64,000 nucleotides of DNA from Chrysomallon squamiferum (Eukaryota; Animalia; Mollusca), in the NCBI GenBank assembly GCA_012295275.1, contig CM022679.1:27218001-27282000 (forward strand), in the 5' to 3' direction. This document shows, piece after piece, positions 26,966-53,942 of this stretch; position 1 is the first letter of the stretch, and every line of letters begins with the position of its first letter. The position numbers and the translations under genes were made by a program. The notes beneath the pieces are model-generated. The model did no database searches. It was given only the letters and a program-made list of their open reading frames with translations, and had not been told where the DNA came from.

Positions 26966-27459
26966 AAACAAAATATGGTTTCATTCCACGTTTACGTTTA
27001 CATTCATTTATTTATTTACTTTATTTAAAAAAAAAAAAAATTACTCACATATATATATATATATATATACACATACACATATCCATCCTTTCATCCACCA
27101 ACGTCTTTATTAATTTTTGGAATATCAGGCTTAGTTCTCAAGCTCTGTGGACAATTCTAAGGTTAGTACTAGTCACACGGGACATCGTTTGCTGTACTGG
27201 GCAAGTCATTAAATAATCACTAAACATATCAGTTTGTTGCCGCATTAAGATAAAAATGAATTACAAAACTGAAGTATAAATTGATCAGTGTTTACAGGAC
27301 GAATCAGTTTGCAAATAATCTAAGAAACTGAAGAGAATGTAACAAGATTAAAAAAGTAACAGCATTTGACTGAGTAAGCGTTTAAAACTGAACGAGTCGT
27401 AACATGAAAATGCAACATACTGAACAGAAAGTAACGTATTTCGACGATGCAGCCCAATC

Positions 27460-27790
27460 AGCAGAATGTAACGTATTGGACAACGTAACACGGACTAAGG
27501 AAAACAACTCATTGCACAGTATAACACAGACAAGAGAAACAACACATTGTACAATGCAACACAGTGAAGAGAACACACTGTACAATGTAACAGTCAAGAG
27601 AAAACAATGGACAATGTAACACAGTGGGGAAAACACACTATTATAATGTAACACAGCTATGAGAAAAACAACACATTGTACAGTGTAACAGTCTAGAGAA
27701 TCACAATGTACAGTGTAACACAGTGGACAATGGAACAGACAACAGAATGCAACACATTGGACATAAATGTAGCGGTGAACAAGACTAATG
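27460..27790. repeat. Degenerate ~30-bp minisatellite
   Basis: aacacattgtacaatgtaacacagtg-like unit recurs about 10 times and explains the ORFs called here. Confidence 0.7.
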
Positions 27791-28424
27791 TCACGTAACA
27801 GCGATGAAGAAATTTCAGTCTGCGTAGTTTGCAAATCGTTGAGGGGAAGTAACTCATGGAGCTGGAGGATAAGCAAGATGTATACCTAATCGAAACGAAA
27901 GGTAAAATAGTTAGTAAAACGAAACACAGTGAATAAAATGAAATACAATGAGTAAAATGAAACACAGTGAGTAAAATTGGAAACACGTTTTGGTGCAGTG
28001 CAAATGTGATAAAAAAAACCCACAACAAATTAATGAGGAGAAAGAACTGTACGTGGAATATGACTGATTCAGAGAAAATGTGGATATAACAATAGTTAGT
28101 GTGAAAGAGTCACGTATTTGGGAAAAAGATTAGTTATTCAGTCATTCTACCTTGACCAGGAAATAACTGACATTTTCCTCAAAAAATCCCGAACGTAATA
28201 CCTGACTGTTTCGAAAAACAGTTGGAATAATTTCAAAATTTAAAATGATTCAAAAGTGTCATATCTATTTTTAGAACCTATCCCATTGGCTCGTTCCAAC
28301 AAGTGTGATATATTTTAAATTTGATTTCATTCAAACAATTTTTAAATACCTCCTCATTTCACTTTCGAAAAGAAAAATATGGGGTAAGAAACAAAATTTA
28401 AAACGTCTTAGCTTCATTAATAAC

Positions 28425-28470
<46 letters not shown>

Positions 28471-28842
28471 GTTATTGTTATTGTTATTGTTATTGTTATT
28501 GTTGTTATTGTTATTATTATTATACTGAAAACATAGAGATGTTAATTTTAGTGAAAAATATATATTTTTTTAAATCAATGTTTAAAATAACTGATCTTGT
28601 TTTACTTGCAGCTCTCATACCAAAAACCAAAATGGACGCTAAGGTGAACAACTGAATGATAAATGAAGGGTAAGTACATTAATTAGACAAAAAAAACCCT
28701 ATACACATACAAAAGCACACACACAAACACACACACACACATGCATACACAAATACATGCAGTCTTAAAAACGAGATTAATTCAAAAATCTGTTTAAAAT
28801 ATCACTTTGTGTTATTTTCCACGATATCGGAAATATTTAATA

Positions 28843-28873
<31 letters not shown>

Positions 28874-29815
28874 AACTATTATATTTAAAACTATTCGATT
28901 CAGTCGCTTCTTTCACATTTAAACCTTTACAGAAATCGTGCAGAACAATTAAGCCTTCGAGAGTTTTTGCTAAAATTATTTTTGGTAAATTAAATCGCTT
29001 TAATTAAACGTTTTAAATTCAGGTAGGAATTAACATTGTATTTCTTGTTTGGTTTTTTTTCAGGTGGATCAACAGTTTTTAAATAGCATTAAACTGGTCT
29101 GAGTAAGTGACTTTATTTTTTATATTTAACTTTATTACCATTATCTTAAACATGTTAAACGTATTATCACGTTAATAATAATAATATTAATAATTGTAAT
29201 AACAGACATAATAATAAATGTTAGACACACCGTATGCTCTTTTTGAGCATAACTATGAAAATAAACAGACAGAATATTTCGTTTCTACTACTGTAAACTG
29301 ACATATACTAGCTACCGGATAAAAACAGAAAAAGAAAATAAAAAAAATAATAATAATAATAAAAAAAAAAAAAAATAAGTAAGAAAGAAAGAGGAAGAAG
29401 AAGAAGAAGGACAAAAGAAAAACGAAAATAAAATCGAAAGCACGACGTGGAAAAAAAAAAAATAAAATAAAATAAAATTAATCAGCAGCTAAAACCGATA
29501 CTGAAAGTAGAAACCTAAAATGGATGTTTATTGACGTTAGCCAGCAATTTCGCAGTAAAACATATTTGAATTAATACAAATCTATACATATAATCATTAA
29601 TATTTCTGTGATTTAAAAGTGTAGTAGGTAAGTATTAATAGAAAATAATTATAAATTTATTTAATATGTGAAGGTAAATCACATTTTACGGTTTTAATGA
29701 GTACGATAATATCTCAATGTCAGACGACATAACCAAGACAACTGTTACAGGTGAATATCACAAACATACATACTTATACACATATATGCTTATTTCTTTT
29801 TACTTTTTAGTTTTT

Positions 29816-29846
<31 letters not shown>

Positions 29847-29997
29847 GTTTTATATTCTTTTAACCACTACTTTCAGATTTTCTTACTTTTGTTTTTAATT
29901 GTTGTTTTTTATTTAACTTTTATATACATATTTTCTTTCTTTTTCTCAATGTTTTGTTTAGTTGTTGTTTTATCTCTTCATCATCATCTTCTTCTTC

Positions 29998-30041
<44 letters not shown>

Positions 30042-31504
30042 TCTTCTTCTTCTTCTTCTTATTATTATTATTATTATTATTATATAAAATCATAGTTTAT
30101 AAAGCAAACACTTTTAGGAAATATTTACGTCAAAAACAATTTAATATTTGACCTATTAACAAAGCGTACTTCAAGGTTATCAACGGACCTGGACTATTTT
30201 GTTACGAGTTAGATGTCAGTCTAATGCAGACGTCGGCAGAGTGGATATAGAATGTCGAAGGTCTGAAATATATTATTAATAATATTTATTTATTGGTTTA
30301 TTTTACATGCAAGGGATCGATGAAGAAAGAGATCGGTGGTCTAAAAAATGTTTGTTGATCCTAGTAGACCATGCACCATTGTTACGATGCGTTTATAACA
30401 ATACTACAATAGAGACCGGGGGAAACCCGAAAGTAAATCCCGAAGAACTCATTTACTTCAAAACAATTCAACTTAGTGTATCTTTTTGTTTAATTTTATT
30501 CCCCGAAAGTGAAGAAGTCGCTATTTTCTGTAGAATTTGAGAGCGAGAAATACATTTCATGACTGGTGTGGTAGTAAGTCGTGTTCGTCTGCAATCGTTT
30601 AATCGCCTATCAAAAAATTTAAACGCAGTTCTGGGATGTGTAATTATATATATATGATAATTAAATATCATCGTTAACATCACTGCCATTAATATTATTT
30701 ATGTTTTGATGTTAAAAATTAAATAATAAATTTGTAATGGATCCAAATTAAATTATTGTTCAATTTATTGTGGCTCAAAATCTAAAAGTCGACATTTAAA
30801 ATATTTAATTTATTTATTTATTGTGAAACAGAAATCATTAATATTTAAACTGAACAGCAGTAATGGTAAACAAAATACCAAATACTTTTTTCACCAATCG
30901 AACCTCTCTGTTTTGTTCGAATTTACCAGTTTCAATAAATTAAACAAGTTAATGATGAGTTGAAATATTAAAGTAAAAGTTATATAAAAATATACAAAAT
31001 ATACTTAGAAGTAGTGACTTATCAAATATCACTAATATGCAACAAGGCCTGTTTTGTTGATTTTTCCGTCTGTCCTTTTTTCTTTTCTTTTCTTCTCTTA
31101 TATATATATATCATGTTTACACTATATATATATATATATATATATAGTGTAAACATGATATATGCATCCATCAAAGAACTTGAAAAAAATTAAAGCACCA
31201 AATTAGCATCCTGCATGAACTGGCGCATGTAATAAAAAATAATGGACTGTCCTGGTAAATCAGGAAGCCCAACAAACCTCTTCCTATTTCGTGTAGCCGA
31301 CTTGTACAAATATGTAAAACATGATCAGAGTGAGAAGTAATCGGTGAAAAGTTGCATGTAAGACGATATTAGTTAATTAATTAATTTATTTATTTATTTA
31401 TTTCGTTGTTCTGAATGATGCGAATATTTTTCAGTAAGTTTTTAATGGCTTTTGAATGGAATAGAAAGTTTGCGTCAGTCTTTTATTTTATTTTTTTTAA
31501 AATT

Positions 31505-31810
31505 TAAAAAGGAGGAAGTAGAATTTGGGAATCCCCTCTTTTGATTTTCCGCCAAATTAATTGGAGGGGAAATATAAATGAAATGAACAAAAGCAGTAAT
31601 GATAAAAATATACAAAATATTGACGTACTTCTATTCTAAAATAAAATTACGTTACTTCGTTTAAAATATCTTTGAAAGGAAGTGTATTGCCTTTAGCTGT
31701 GTATTTCGTAATTCCGGCTTTCCGGAAGTTGGGATTACTTGAATGTATTTGACAATGCTCCTCGTGGATTTAAGAACATTTTTCTGTACTTTGTGTGACA
31801 GTAAAGTAAA
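31505..31810 (+). promoter_or_regulatory. Proximal promoter and probable non-coding first exon of the TNIP1-like gene, with a kappaB site
   Basis: GAGGAAGT (31512), GGGAATCCCC (31527-31536, fits GGGRNNYYCC), CCGGAAGT ETS site (31722-31729), donor-like GTAAA at 31801/31806; the next acceptor at 32557 precedes the ATG. Confidence 0.6.
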
Positions 31811-32298
31811 TTTCGTTTACATATCAGACAGCAATGATTAATCTTTCTGTACGCGGGGTAAAAAAAATATTATTAATTATATCTGGTATGTTCACGTGAA
31901 GCTGTTTTAAACGGTTTGTTGACCTTTTTATTTTTATTTTATTTTTTATTTTTAACTTAAATATTTTAAATTAATTGTAATTTGTAGTCTCGTTTGTAAT
32001 AATATACTTTTACATACCTACAATTGTGTATCGAACCTGTAAATAGTTAAAAATAGAAAATATTGCCATCGCAGTGAAATAGTTTAATCTATTAATAGAA
32101 TATTAGTATAAAACTGTTTATGATTCACGTTTTCTGCGCAGACTTAAAAAGGATTGTCACTATTATTAGACAAGAATAAATACAATGTCACAAAGATATC
32201 ACATGAAATCAGTTAGGGTTTAGCACCTGTAATTATAAAACGCGTTAGTGATACGTATTTTACATGTATTTTATTTTTATTCTTTATTTTTCATTTTC

Positions 32299-32353
<55 letters not shown>

Positions 32354-32669
32354 CATTAATTTTTATCTCTGTACAAATTATTGTAAGGTCTGTCTCTTTC
32401 ACACACATGCAAACACACTTGTCCACTTTTGTATAATAATATTCAAAAATAGATGGTATTTATCCATATGAAGTTGTATGTTTGAAGTATATTCTTCTTC
32501 TTTATTTCTGAAAGAAAATATGGTATAATTTGTATAAATGATTAAAAATATTTTCAGGTTTTTTTAAAAAGGCACCCTATCCCAAAGATTTGGTGAACAG
32601 ATCTTAAGAACAACAACTAAGAAATAAAAGAAAAGAACTTAAAGCTTGTTCTTAGAACTGTTGACTGAA

Positions 32670-46792
<14,123 letters not shown>

Positions 46793-46807
46793 AAAAGCAG
46801 CCTCTTG

Positions 46808-47440
46808 GTGAGTATCAAGTAAATAATAATAATAACAACATGTGGATACTGTTTAAAATGTCATAAATGGATGAAATAAATGGATGAAGAAAATATCACG
46901 TATTCTTGAGGGGAAAAACAAATATTAAGTGAATAAATAAACACACGAAATGAAAGATACCTGTATTTATACACACATAAGCATACATTAACATCAGTGA
47001 AAAAAACAAAACATTTCACAGCTGTTTTAGGAAGTTGTGTACATTATGAAGAATAAAATAGAAGCATTTTAAATATAATTTGTGTGGATGGGTTTCTGTA
47101 TATTTTTTTTACTTTTTTTTTTTTCGGTTTTTATTATTATTATTATTATTATCATTATTATTATCATTATTATTAATTAATTAATTTATTAAGTTGTTTT
47201 ATTGGTTTTATATTTCCTTACTTTCATTCTTTCATCATTTTTTAATAATTTCTTTTTTTTTCTTTTTTTCAGCTTTTGTCAGGTTCCTGGAACCATTTCG
47301 CTGTCCAGCCAGACTTGGGGCCTGGAAGAAATGTGATCAGGACAAAATAACATTAACTTAGAAATTTATATACAGTCAACCATAAAAAAATATGTAATAC
47401 ATGTATAATAATAACAATAATTTATGAATTGTATAATAAA
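46808..47440 (+). other. 3'-UTR intron (46808-47272) and terminal non-coding exon of the TNIP1-like gene, with AATAAA at 47435-47440
   Basis: TTG|GTGAGT donor 15 nt after the stop codon; long polypyrimidine tract ending in CAG at 47272. Confidence 0.6.
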
Positions 47441-48479
47441 AATACCCTTTTTTGTAAATCAGTTAATTGAACTTCAACATCTGTGTAGTAGCCAATGAAA
47501 AGTTGACATTTGTACAGTAAAGAGCGGAAACAACCAACACGTACAGTAAATGGCTCAAAGTCAACATCTCTTGAGGCAGAGTTTGAAAACAAAACCGAAA
47601 CTGTCGATTCTAGAAAGGTATGAATCGATTTTCTTTTTGTTTTTGATCTTTGGTTTATTGATGGAAGAAAGCGATAGTTTTGAATGTCGTCATGGTTACG
47701 GAAATGCTATTGGCTTGTGTGTTCTGATCACGTTTCTTCCAATCTCAAATAGTTTAAACACACAGTAAGAAATAATAATACACACACACACGCGCACGCA
47801 CGCACGCACACACACATTTTTCATACAGCATAGTAATCTGTATGGACCATAAAGAAAAATAATGTTTAAAACGTAAACAGAAACGTAACATTTATCGGAA
47901 CACAAAATGCAGTAATACATTTTGAGAAAGACCATGTGGAAATGTTAGACACGTGAACTTCTACTTTTAGTATACATTTTATAAAAAAAATTGTGGTGGG
48001 GGGGTTGTAATTTGATTTTGTTTTGTTTTATTTTTTAAGGTATTTTTTTTTTTTTTTTTTTTTTTTTTGGTTATATTTTGTGATTTCAAAATAACCTATT
48101 AGTTCAGTTACCCATTTGCAGAGTAACTTTATTGTAAAATTATATTTGATCATTGATTTGCAGAATACCTATTGTACTGTTCTTTTTTTTCTTTTACCAA
48201 TTTGCACAATGTTTTGTTTATTCATTTTTGCTTGATATTTTACTGTAGATAGAAGATATTTTGAAATAATTGATAGAATATTGATTCTGACTGAAAATAA
48301 TGTTCATTCTTGTGACACTTATAGACCAAAATGAGAAGTATTCTGTGTAAAACATTATACAAACTGTGACAGATAATATATGAAATTCTGTTATGAAACG
48401 GGATTGAAACTATAATACGTTTAAACGTAAAAAAAAAAAAAAAAAAATTGATATGTTGTCTGAAGTCTACTGAAAATGC

Positions 48480-49260
48480 ATGCTGTCTTTGAAACAAAAC
48501 ATGTGGAACCTGATCCAGAATTGGAACATGTCAGAAAAGTTCATATGTACCTCGAGGTTTAAACGATGGACAAAATTGATAAAGCTATGGGAAAAGTGCT
48601 TATCGGTATACATTAACTGGACCCAACATTGGTCAGTTGTTTTTTTATGTACAATAATACGACGTCACAGGGACGCAGTGGATAACTGGATAACAATGCT
48701 TGAAGATTTAAGCCTGGATCAGACTGTCTACCAGCCATTTCATCCACGTCATTTCCACGCCGATATCTTCAAAATGATGGTTTTTTCCAGACGAGGGTCG
48801 TGAATCGGAATATGCTGGAAGAATCTGAACAGCACTTCTGGATTTCTGAACTCTCATGTCCTCTGAAGGAAGATCCGCTCCTGCAAACGAAAAATTAAAC
48901 TAAAAGATGCTGGTAGAATTTAAACAGAATTTCGAAGATTTAATCCTTTGCATCCTCTGAGGAAAAGATACACTAAAAGATCCATGAGCAATAATAAACG
49001 TTTTTGAACAGCTTGATGTTCACGAAATTTTAACGAATATTCAGTGCAGCTGACTGGAATTCAGTAACGTAATCCCAAACTCGACTGTTCCAGGTTCAAA
49101 TCTCAGCAGCGATTTTGTTATGCAGCTTTCGCACCATGATGAGTTTTTCGTTTTCGAAGCCGAAGAAATAAAAAAAGAAGTTTATTTGAAAAAATAAAAT
49201 AAAAAAGCCCTGATGACAAGGTTTTTAATGGATTGGTCAGATTTATGAGATAAACTTAAA
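48480..49260 (+). pseudogene. Decayed intronless coding remnant, family uncertain
   Basis: Complex, GC-richer 0.8-kb block with protein-like pieces in shifting frames broken by stops (EPDPELEHVRKVHMYLEV*TMDKIDKAMGKVLIGIH*LDPTLVSCF; LEFSNVIPNSTVPGSNLSSDFVMQLSHHDEFFVFEAEEIKKEVYL). Confidence 0.35.
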
Positions 49261-49549
49261 GCACTTTCTGAAGGGAAATGTTCTGTTCTTTATAGATACT
49301 CTTTAATAAACAGTGGAATTGAAAAGAGGGGAAATGCATTACAATAATAAGAAAACAAAACAAAATAGATGTGGTTGTTTATTGCTATACAAAGGCTTGA
49401 GTTTTGGGATTACGACTTGTCTGAACCTTAATAATTTTTTTATTTTTTTATTTTTTATTTTTTATTTTCTATTTTATTTTATTGTTTTGTTGTGTTTTGC
49501 TTTGTTTTGAAAGTTGTTTAAAAATGTTTTATATATATATATATATAAA

Positions 49550-50800
49550 ATCAACTTTATGCAAGAATTCTGAATAACTTGTTCAAAATTACAAATATCG
49601 GGATAGATTTTTGAGAAATACAAATTAAAAATAAAAGACCGATGTAATAAAATTCGTTACTTGTTTTTAATTTATTTTACTTTTGACATTAATAAATGTT
49701 TAAAATTTGGAAAATAAAAGATGAACAATGAAAAAAAAAAATCTATCTAGAATTAAAAGTTGAGTTAAACAAATCTTGCATATATTGTTTTAAAACATAT
49801 TAAAAAAAAATAAATAAATAAATAAAGGTTTATAACTAATGTATGTTTCTTGTAGATAATTATGTTTAAAAATAAGCTTTCTATTGAATTTTGATTTTTT
49901 TTATGTTGAAATTGTCATGTGCTGCTGAATAAGCGAATTTATTAATAAAATGAGCAGAAATAATAATAATAAATCATAATCTGCTGCATCAATTTTTCTT
50001 GTGGTACAGATTTATTTTCTTTGGTGAAGCGAGAATATAAATATATTAAAAAGGAACATAATTAATGATTTAATTAACATAATGTAAATATTTCTTTAAT
50101 AACGATGTCTTAACTATGCTTATTAGCAGCACTGTCATATAACGAAAAATACTTAAAATGCTGTGTTAGATATATTTTAGTAAATATGATAATCCAGCTG
50201 AATTCCTTATAACTATATTTTTTGTATTACGACTGGTCTCTGAACCTGAGTAATTTCTTTTTTCTTTTTCTTTTATATTATTATTATTGTTATTATTATT
50301 ATTATTATGATTATTATTATTATTATTATTATTAATTTTTTTTTTTTTTTTTTATTGTAATGCATATTCAGATATTTTACGTAAACTCTGTACAATTAGG
50401 TTATGGGTTTCCAAAATTAATTTTTCTTTTATTTGATATTACTTTTTTAAAAATATTATTATTAATAATTATTTTGTTGTTTTTTTTGTTTGTTTTTTTG
50501 TTGTTATTGTTGGGGTTTTTTAATATTGTAATAGCTTATTCAGATATTTTACTTATATTCTATACATAGGTGTAGGGAAGGTTATGGGTTTCCACACATA
50601 ATTACTTCTTTTTTTTTCTTAAATAAACCAACTTTATGCAAGTATTCTGAATAACTTGTTCAAAATGACAAATATCGTGACAGATTTTTGAGAAATAAAA
50701 ATTTAAAAAAAACCCCCAAAAACCGATATAATAAAAACTCTTTTCTTGTTTTTAATTCATTTTACTTTTGACTTTAATAAATAAATTAAACTTGAAAAAA

Positions 50801-50832
<32 letters not shown>

Positions 50833-51525
50833 AAAAAAAAAAAAATAATAAAATAAAAAACGAATAAAAAAATAAAAAAAATAAAATCAGCTAACTAATT
50901 TTGCATCCTAACCGGGTGCGTTCAATGCAAGGCAGCGCCGCGAACGTTTTTTCTTTTTTACTTCTGGAAACCATTGATTTTAGTTGGAGCATCCTAACTG
51001 CACGCGTACACTAAAACTGTTGAACCTTTACGCGTGTTGTTTCGATGCTGCACATGAAATCAATGGTTTCTAAAAAAAAATTAAAAAAAAAAAAAAAAAA
51101 ACGCTCCCCGTTAGGATGTAGCATAAGAGTGTAACAGTTCATTCATTGCAACCAAATAAAACAACAACACTAAAAAAAAAAAACCATGTATAACTAATAT
51201 TGTTAGATTTTTTCAAAAATATTTAAAATGTCTGTTGTAATTGCGTAGATAATAATTATGTTTTAATTTGACAAAAAGATTGCTGCTGAATAAGCGTAGC
51301 ATTTTATGAATATATTAATAAAATGAGAAAAAATCGACAGAAATAAAAATAAAATAATAATAATTAATCATAATCAGCTGTTGTTATTATTCATTAAACG
51401 TACATCAGTTTTTCATTAAGTACAGTTTCATTGTCTTGGCTGAAGCGAGAATTTTAATTAATTAAAAAGAAACATAATTAAAGAGTTATATAATATTCCT
51501 TTAACTATGCTTATTAGCAGCACTT
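49550..51525. repeat. Local duplication (about 49550-50135 and 50630-51525); the second copy is interrupted by a palindromic element
   Basis: Collinear shared blocks aactttatgcaag.attctgaataacttgttcaaaat, gctgctgaataagcg, tgaagcgagaat and ttaactatgcttattagcagcact. The offset grows from ~1.08 kb to ~1.39 kb across the insertion. Confidence 0.85.
50904..51118. mobile_element. Palindromic MITE/foldback-like element (~215 bp)
   Basis: TIR catcctaaccgggtgcgtt / aacgctccccgttaggatg (17/19 complementary), with nested inverted pairs gaaaccattgattt/aaatcaatggtttc, agcatc/gatgct and cacgcgta/tacgcgtg. Confidence 0.75.
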
Positions 51526-52690
51526 CTTTACATGTGTAGTTTTAATATCACCATTATTATTAAATAAAAATATGTAATTCTTCAATAAAAATGTATTTGT
51601 AACATTAATAAAGTGTTTTCTTACATGATGATGTATTTTTTTGCAGTCATTATTAACATTTGTATCACTTCTAAATATCCCAGTCTATTTAACAATTTAA
51701 CGATTACTAGGTGTGCAAATCGTTTTTCAAAAATAATATTTAACTTTAAAAACATATTTTGAATGTGGCTGTGATGTTGGTCATAGACAGAACTGCAGTA
51801 CCACAAGCCACAGAGCTGTAGAGCTTATCACAGTATCAGCTCTGTGGTTCACGATGCTCCCGGTTTTGTTCGTTATGTTCAAAAACCAGACATAACTTAC
51901 AAAGGTTTACTGAAAATTTATTGTTTTTGTTTCAATATATTTTATATACAATAAATGACATTGCAGCTTTCTTTTTCTTGATGTTGTTTTGCTGTCATGT
52001 TGTGTTTGATGTTGCAGTTTTCTCTTGATGGTCATCATCACAGATCTTACATTAATCTTGTATTATAAAAGGGAACATAAACCTAAAAAAAAAAAAAAAA
52101 AAAACAACCTGTGATTTGATTATTTTGTTTTTGTGCTTTTAAAATATTTTTTGCTTAGTATTTAATCCCAATAAACTTTTATGAATTCATTTGTTTTGTT
52201 TTATTTATTAATTACAAAGAATATTTTTTGTTATTAAAGGAAATTTAAACAACACCTTAATACATTATGTTAAAGGATATGCTGTGGCATTTTCATGTTT
52301 TTCTAGCGACTTACAAAACCTTGCTGGCTGTTTCTGCACAGCTTAGCAGCAAGAGGTGTTATGTGTGTGCCTTCCCATAGACAGCTGTGCTCGGTGGTGT
52401 GAATTCAATCAAGAACGCGCGTACTTAATGGATGTTCCGAAGATGAATAATTATTTGATTCTATTTTGTTGCCTCATTTCTTATTTTATTTTATTCATTC
52501 ATTTATTCATTCATTCATTCATTTTATATATTACATAGTTCATTATCATTATCCTAATTATTATTATTATTAATAATTTTTCGAACACGTACCACTGTCT
52601 ATGATTTTTAATTTTAATTACAATTCTACACAGTTACAAATGTTTGCTACAGCCTGACTTGGAGAGTCTTCCGCAAGACAGTATCATTTA

Positions 52691-52843
52691 TATAGATGCA
52701 GATAAAGATATACAGGGTACATCAGATGTAGATATTCGAGGTTCACATTAGGCTGAACAAAATAGTCACACTAGGGCAAAATGAGACAATAAGACATAAC
52801 CAAGCCTTTGTCACTAACATAAAATTAAGCATCTGCATCTATA
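52691..52843. mobile_element. Small MITE-like element with 13-bp inverted termini
   Basis: tatagatgcagat (52691-52703) and atctgcatctata (52831-52843) are perfect reverse complements with TA outer ends. Confidence 0.45.
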
Positions 52844-53443
52844 CATCGATGTTCTGTTTCTAGAATATTTTTATAGAGACTGATGCATTAATGATAAAAT
52901 TATTTATCAAAACTTTTTACGCTTATGTTTGTATACGATTACTTACAGCCTTTTTTCTCGAGTCTCGGACTTCTGCTTACCTTGGTTTGTGAATTGTAAT
53001 TTTCATGTAATTACGTACAGTCAGTCATTTTATCAAGTCCATCTGAGTTAATTTAATCTGCATGAAAGTTTACAAAAAAAAAAAACCTGTGTTTATTGTC
53101 AACCTCTAATCACAACGGTAAAACACTGCATTTTTTCAGCCAGTCAGTCATACAGTTGGTCATGTGGTTTATTTAAAAAAATGTAATTTGATGGAAATGA
53201 CGGAAATCCGATGGCCGATCGCCAAATGTAGTCACGTGATCGTTTGACAAAATGGAGGCAAAAGTGTATCGATACTTTCAACTTCCAAGTGGTTATATTT
53301 ACTACTACTACTACTACTAATAATAATAATGAAGGCAACTTAGAACTTCGCCATGGGTTAAATTTAGTAAGGCGAAGTTTAGTGCAATAGGGCGAGCATT
53401 TCGCTTATGTTGCCCATCGCTCGAACCCAGCATGTCTACATTA

Positions 53444-53487
53444 ATAGTTACCTGGTTTTGATTTTTTCTACAGCTAAGATGCATACA

Positions 53488-53561
<74 letters not shown>

Positions 53562-53942
53562 TGTAGTGATCTTAGCTCAGTAGAAAATCTCAAAACCAAG
53601 TTAACTATATATACACTATATGCATCTTAGCTCAGTAGAAAATATCAAATCCAAGTTAACTATATATACACTATATGCATCTTAGCTCAGTAGAAAATAT
53701 CAAAACCAAGTTAACTATATATACACTGTAGTGATCTTAGCTCAGTAGAAGATCTCAAAACCAGGTTAACTATATATACACTGTAGTGATCTTAGCTCAG
53801 TAGAAGATCTCAAAACCAGGTTAACTATAAATACACTGTATGCATCTTAGCTCAGTAGAAGATCTCAAAACCAGGTTAACTATATATATACACACACTGT
53901 AGTGATCTTAGCTCAGTAGAAGATCTCAAAACCAGGTTAACT
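53444..53942. repeat. 55-bp minisatellite x7 plus one inverted copy across a (TA)n tract
   Basis: Unit ctatatatacactgtagtgatcttagctcagtagaagatctcaaaaccaggttaa; atcttag occurs at 53569, 53624, 53679, 53734, 53789, 53844 and 53905. An inverted copy lies at 53444-53490. Confidence 0.93.

Larger units (their letters stand above)
23524..30730 (+). ncRNA. Putative spliced non-coding transcript, or alternative 5'-UTR exons of the downstream TNIP-like gene
   Basis: YY1-like CAAAATGGCGG (23524); strong donors at 23777, 26169 and 29751; clean AG/GTAAGT exons 25728-25771, 28612-28669 and 29064-29102. The joins I tested gave no ORF. Confidence 0.3.

Noticed and set aside
27382-28028. ORFs of 164, 111 and 71 aa
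   Set aside because: They derive from a degenerate ~30-bp repeat, with no domain or splice support.
46808-47272. 3'-UTR intron as an NMD trigger
   Set aside because: The junction is only 15 nt after the stop codon, inside the ~50-nt distance that normally escapes EJC-dependent NMD.
51808-51847. 11-bp perfect hairpin ccacagagctg/cagctctgtgg
   Set aside because: Too short for a pre-miRNA and no other support.
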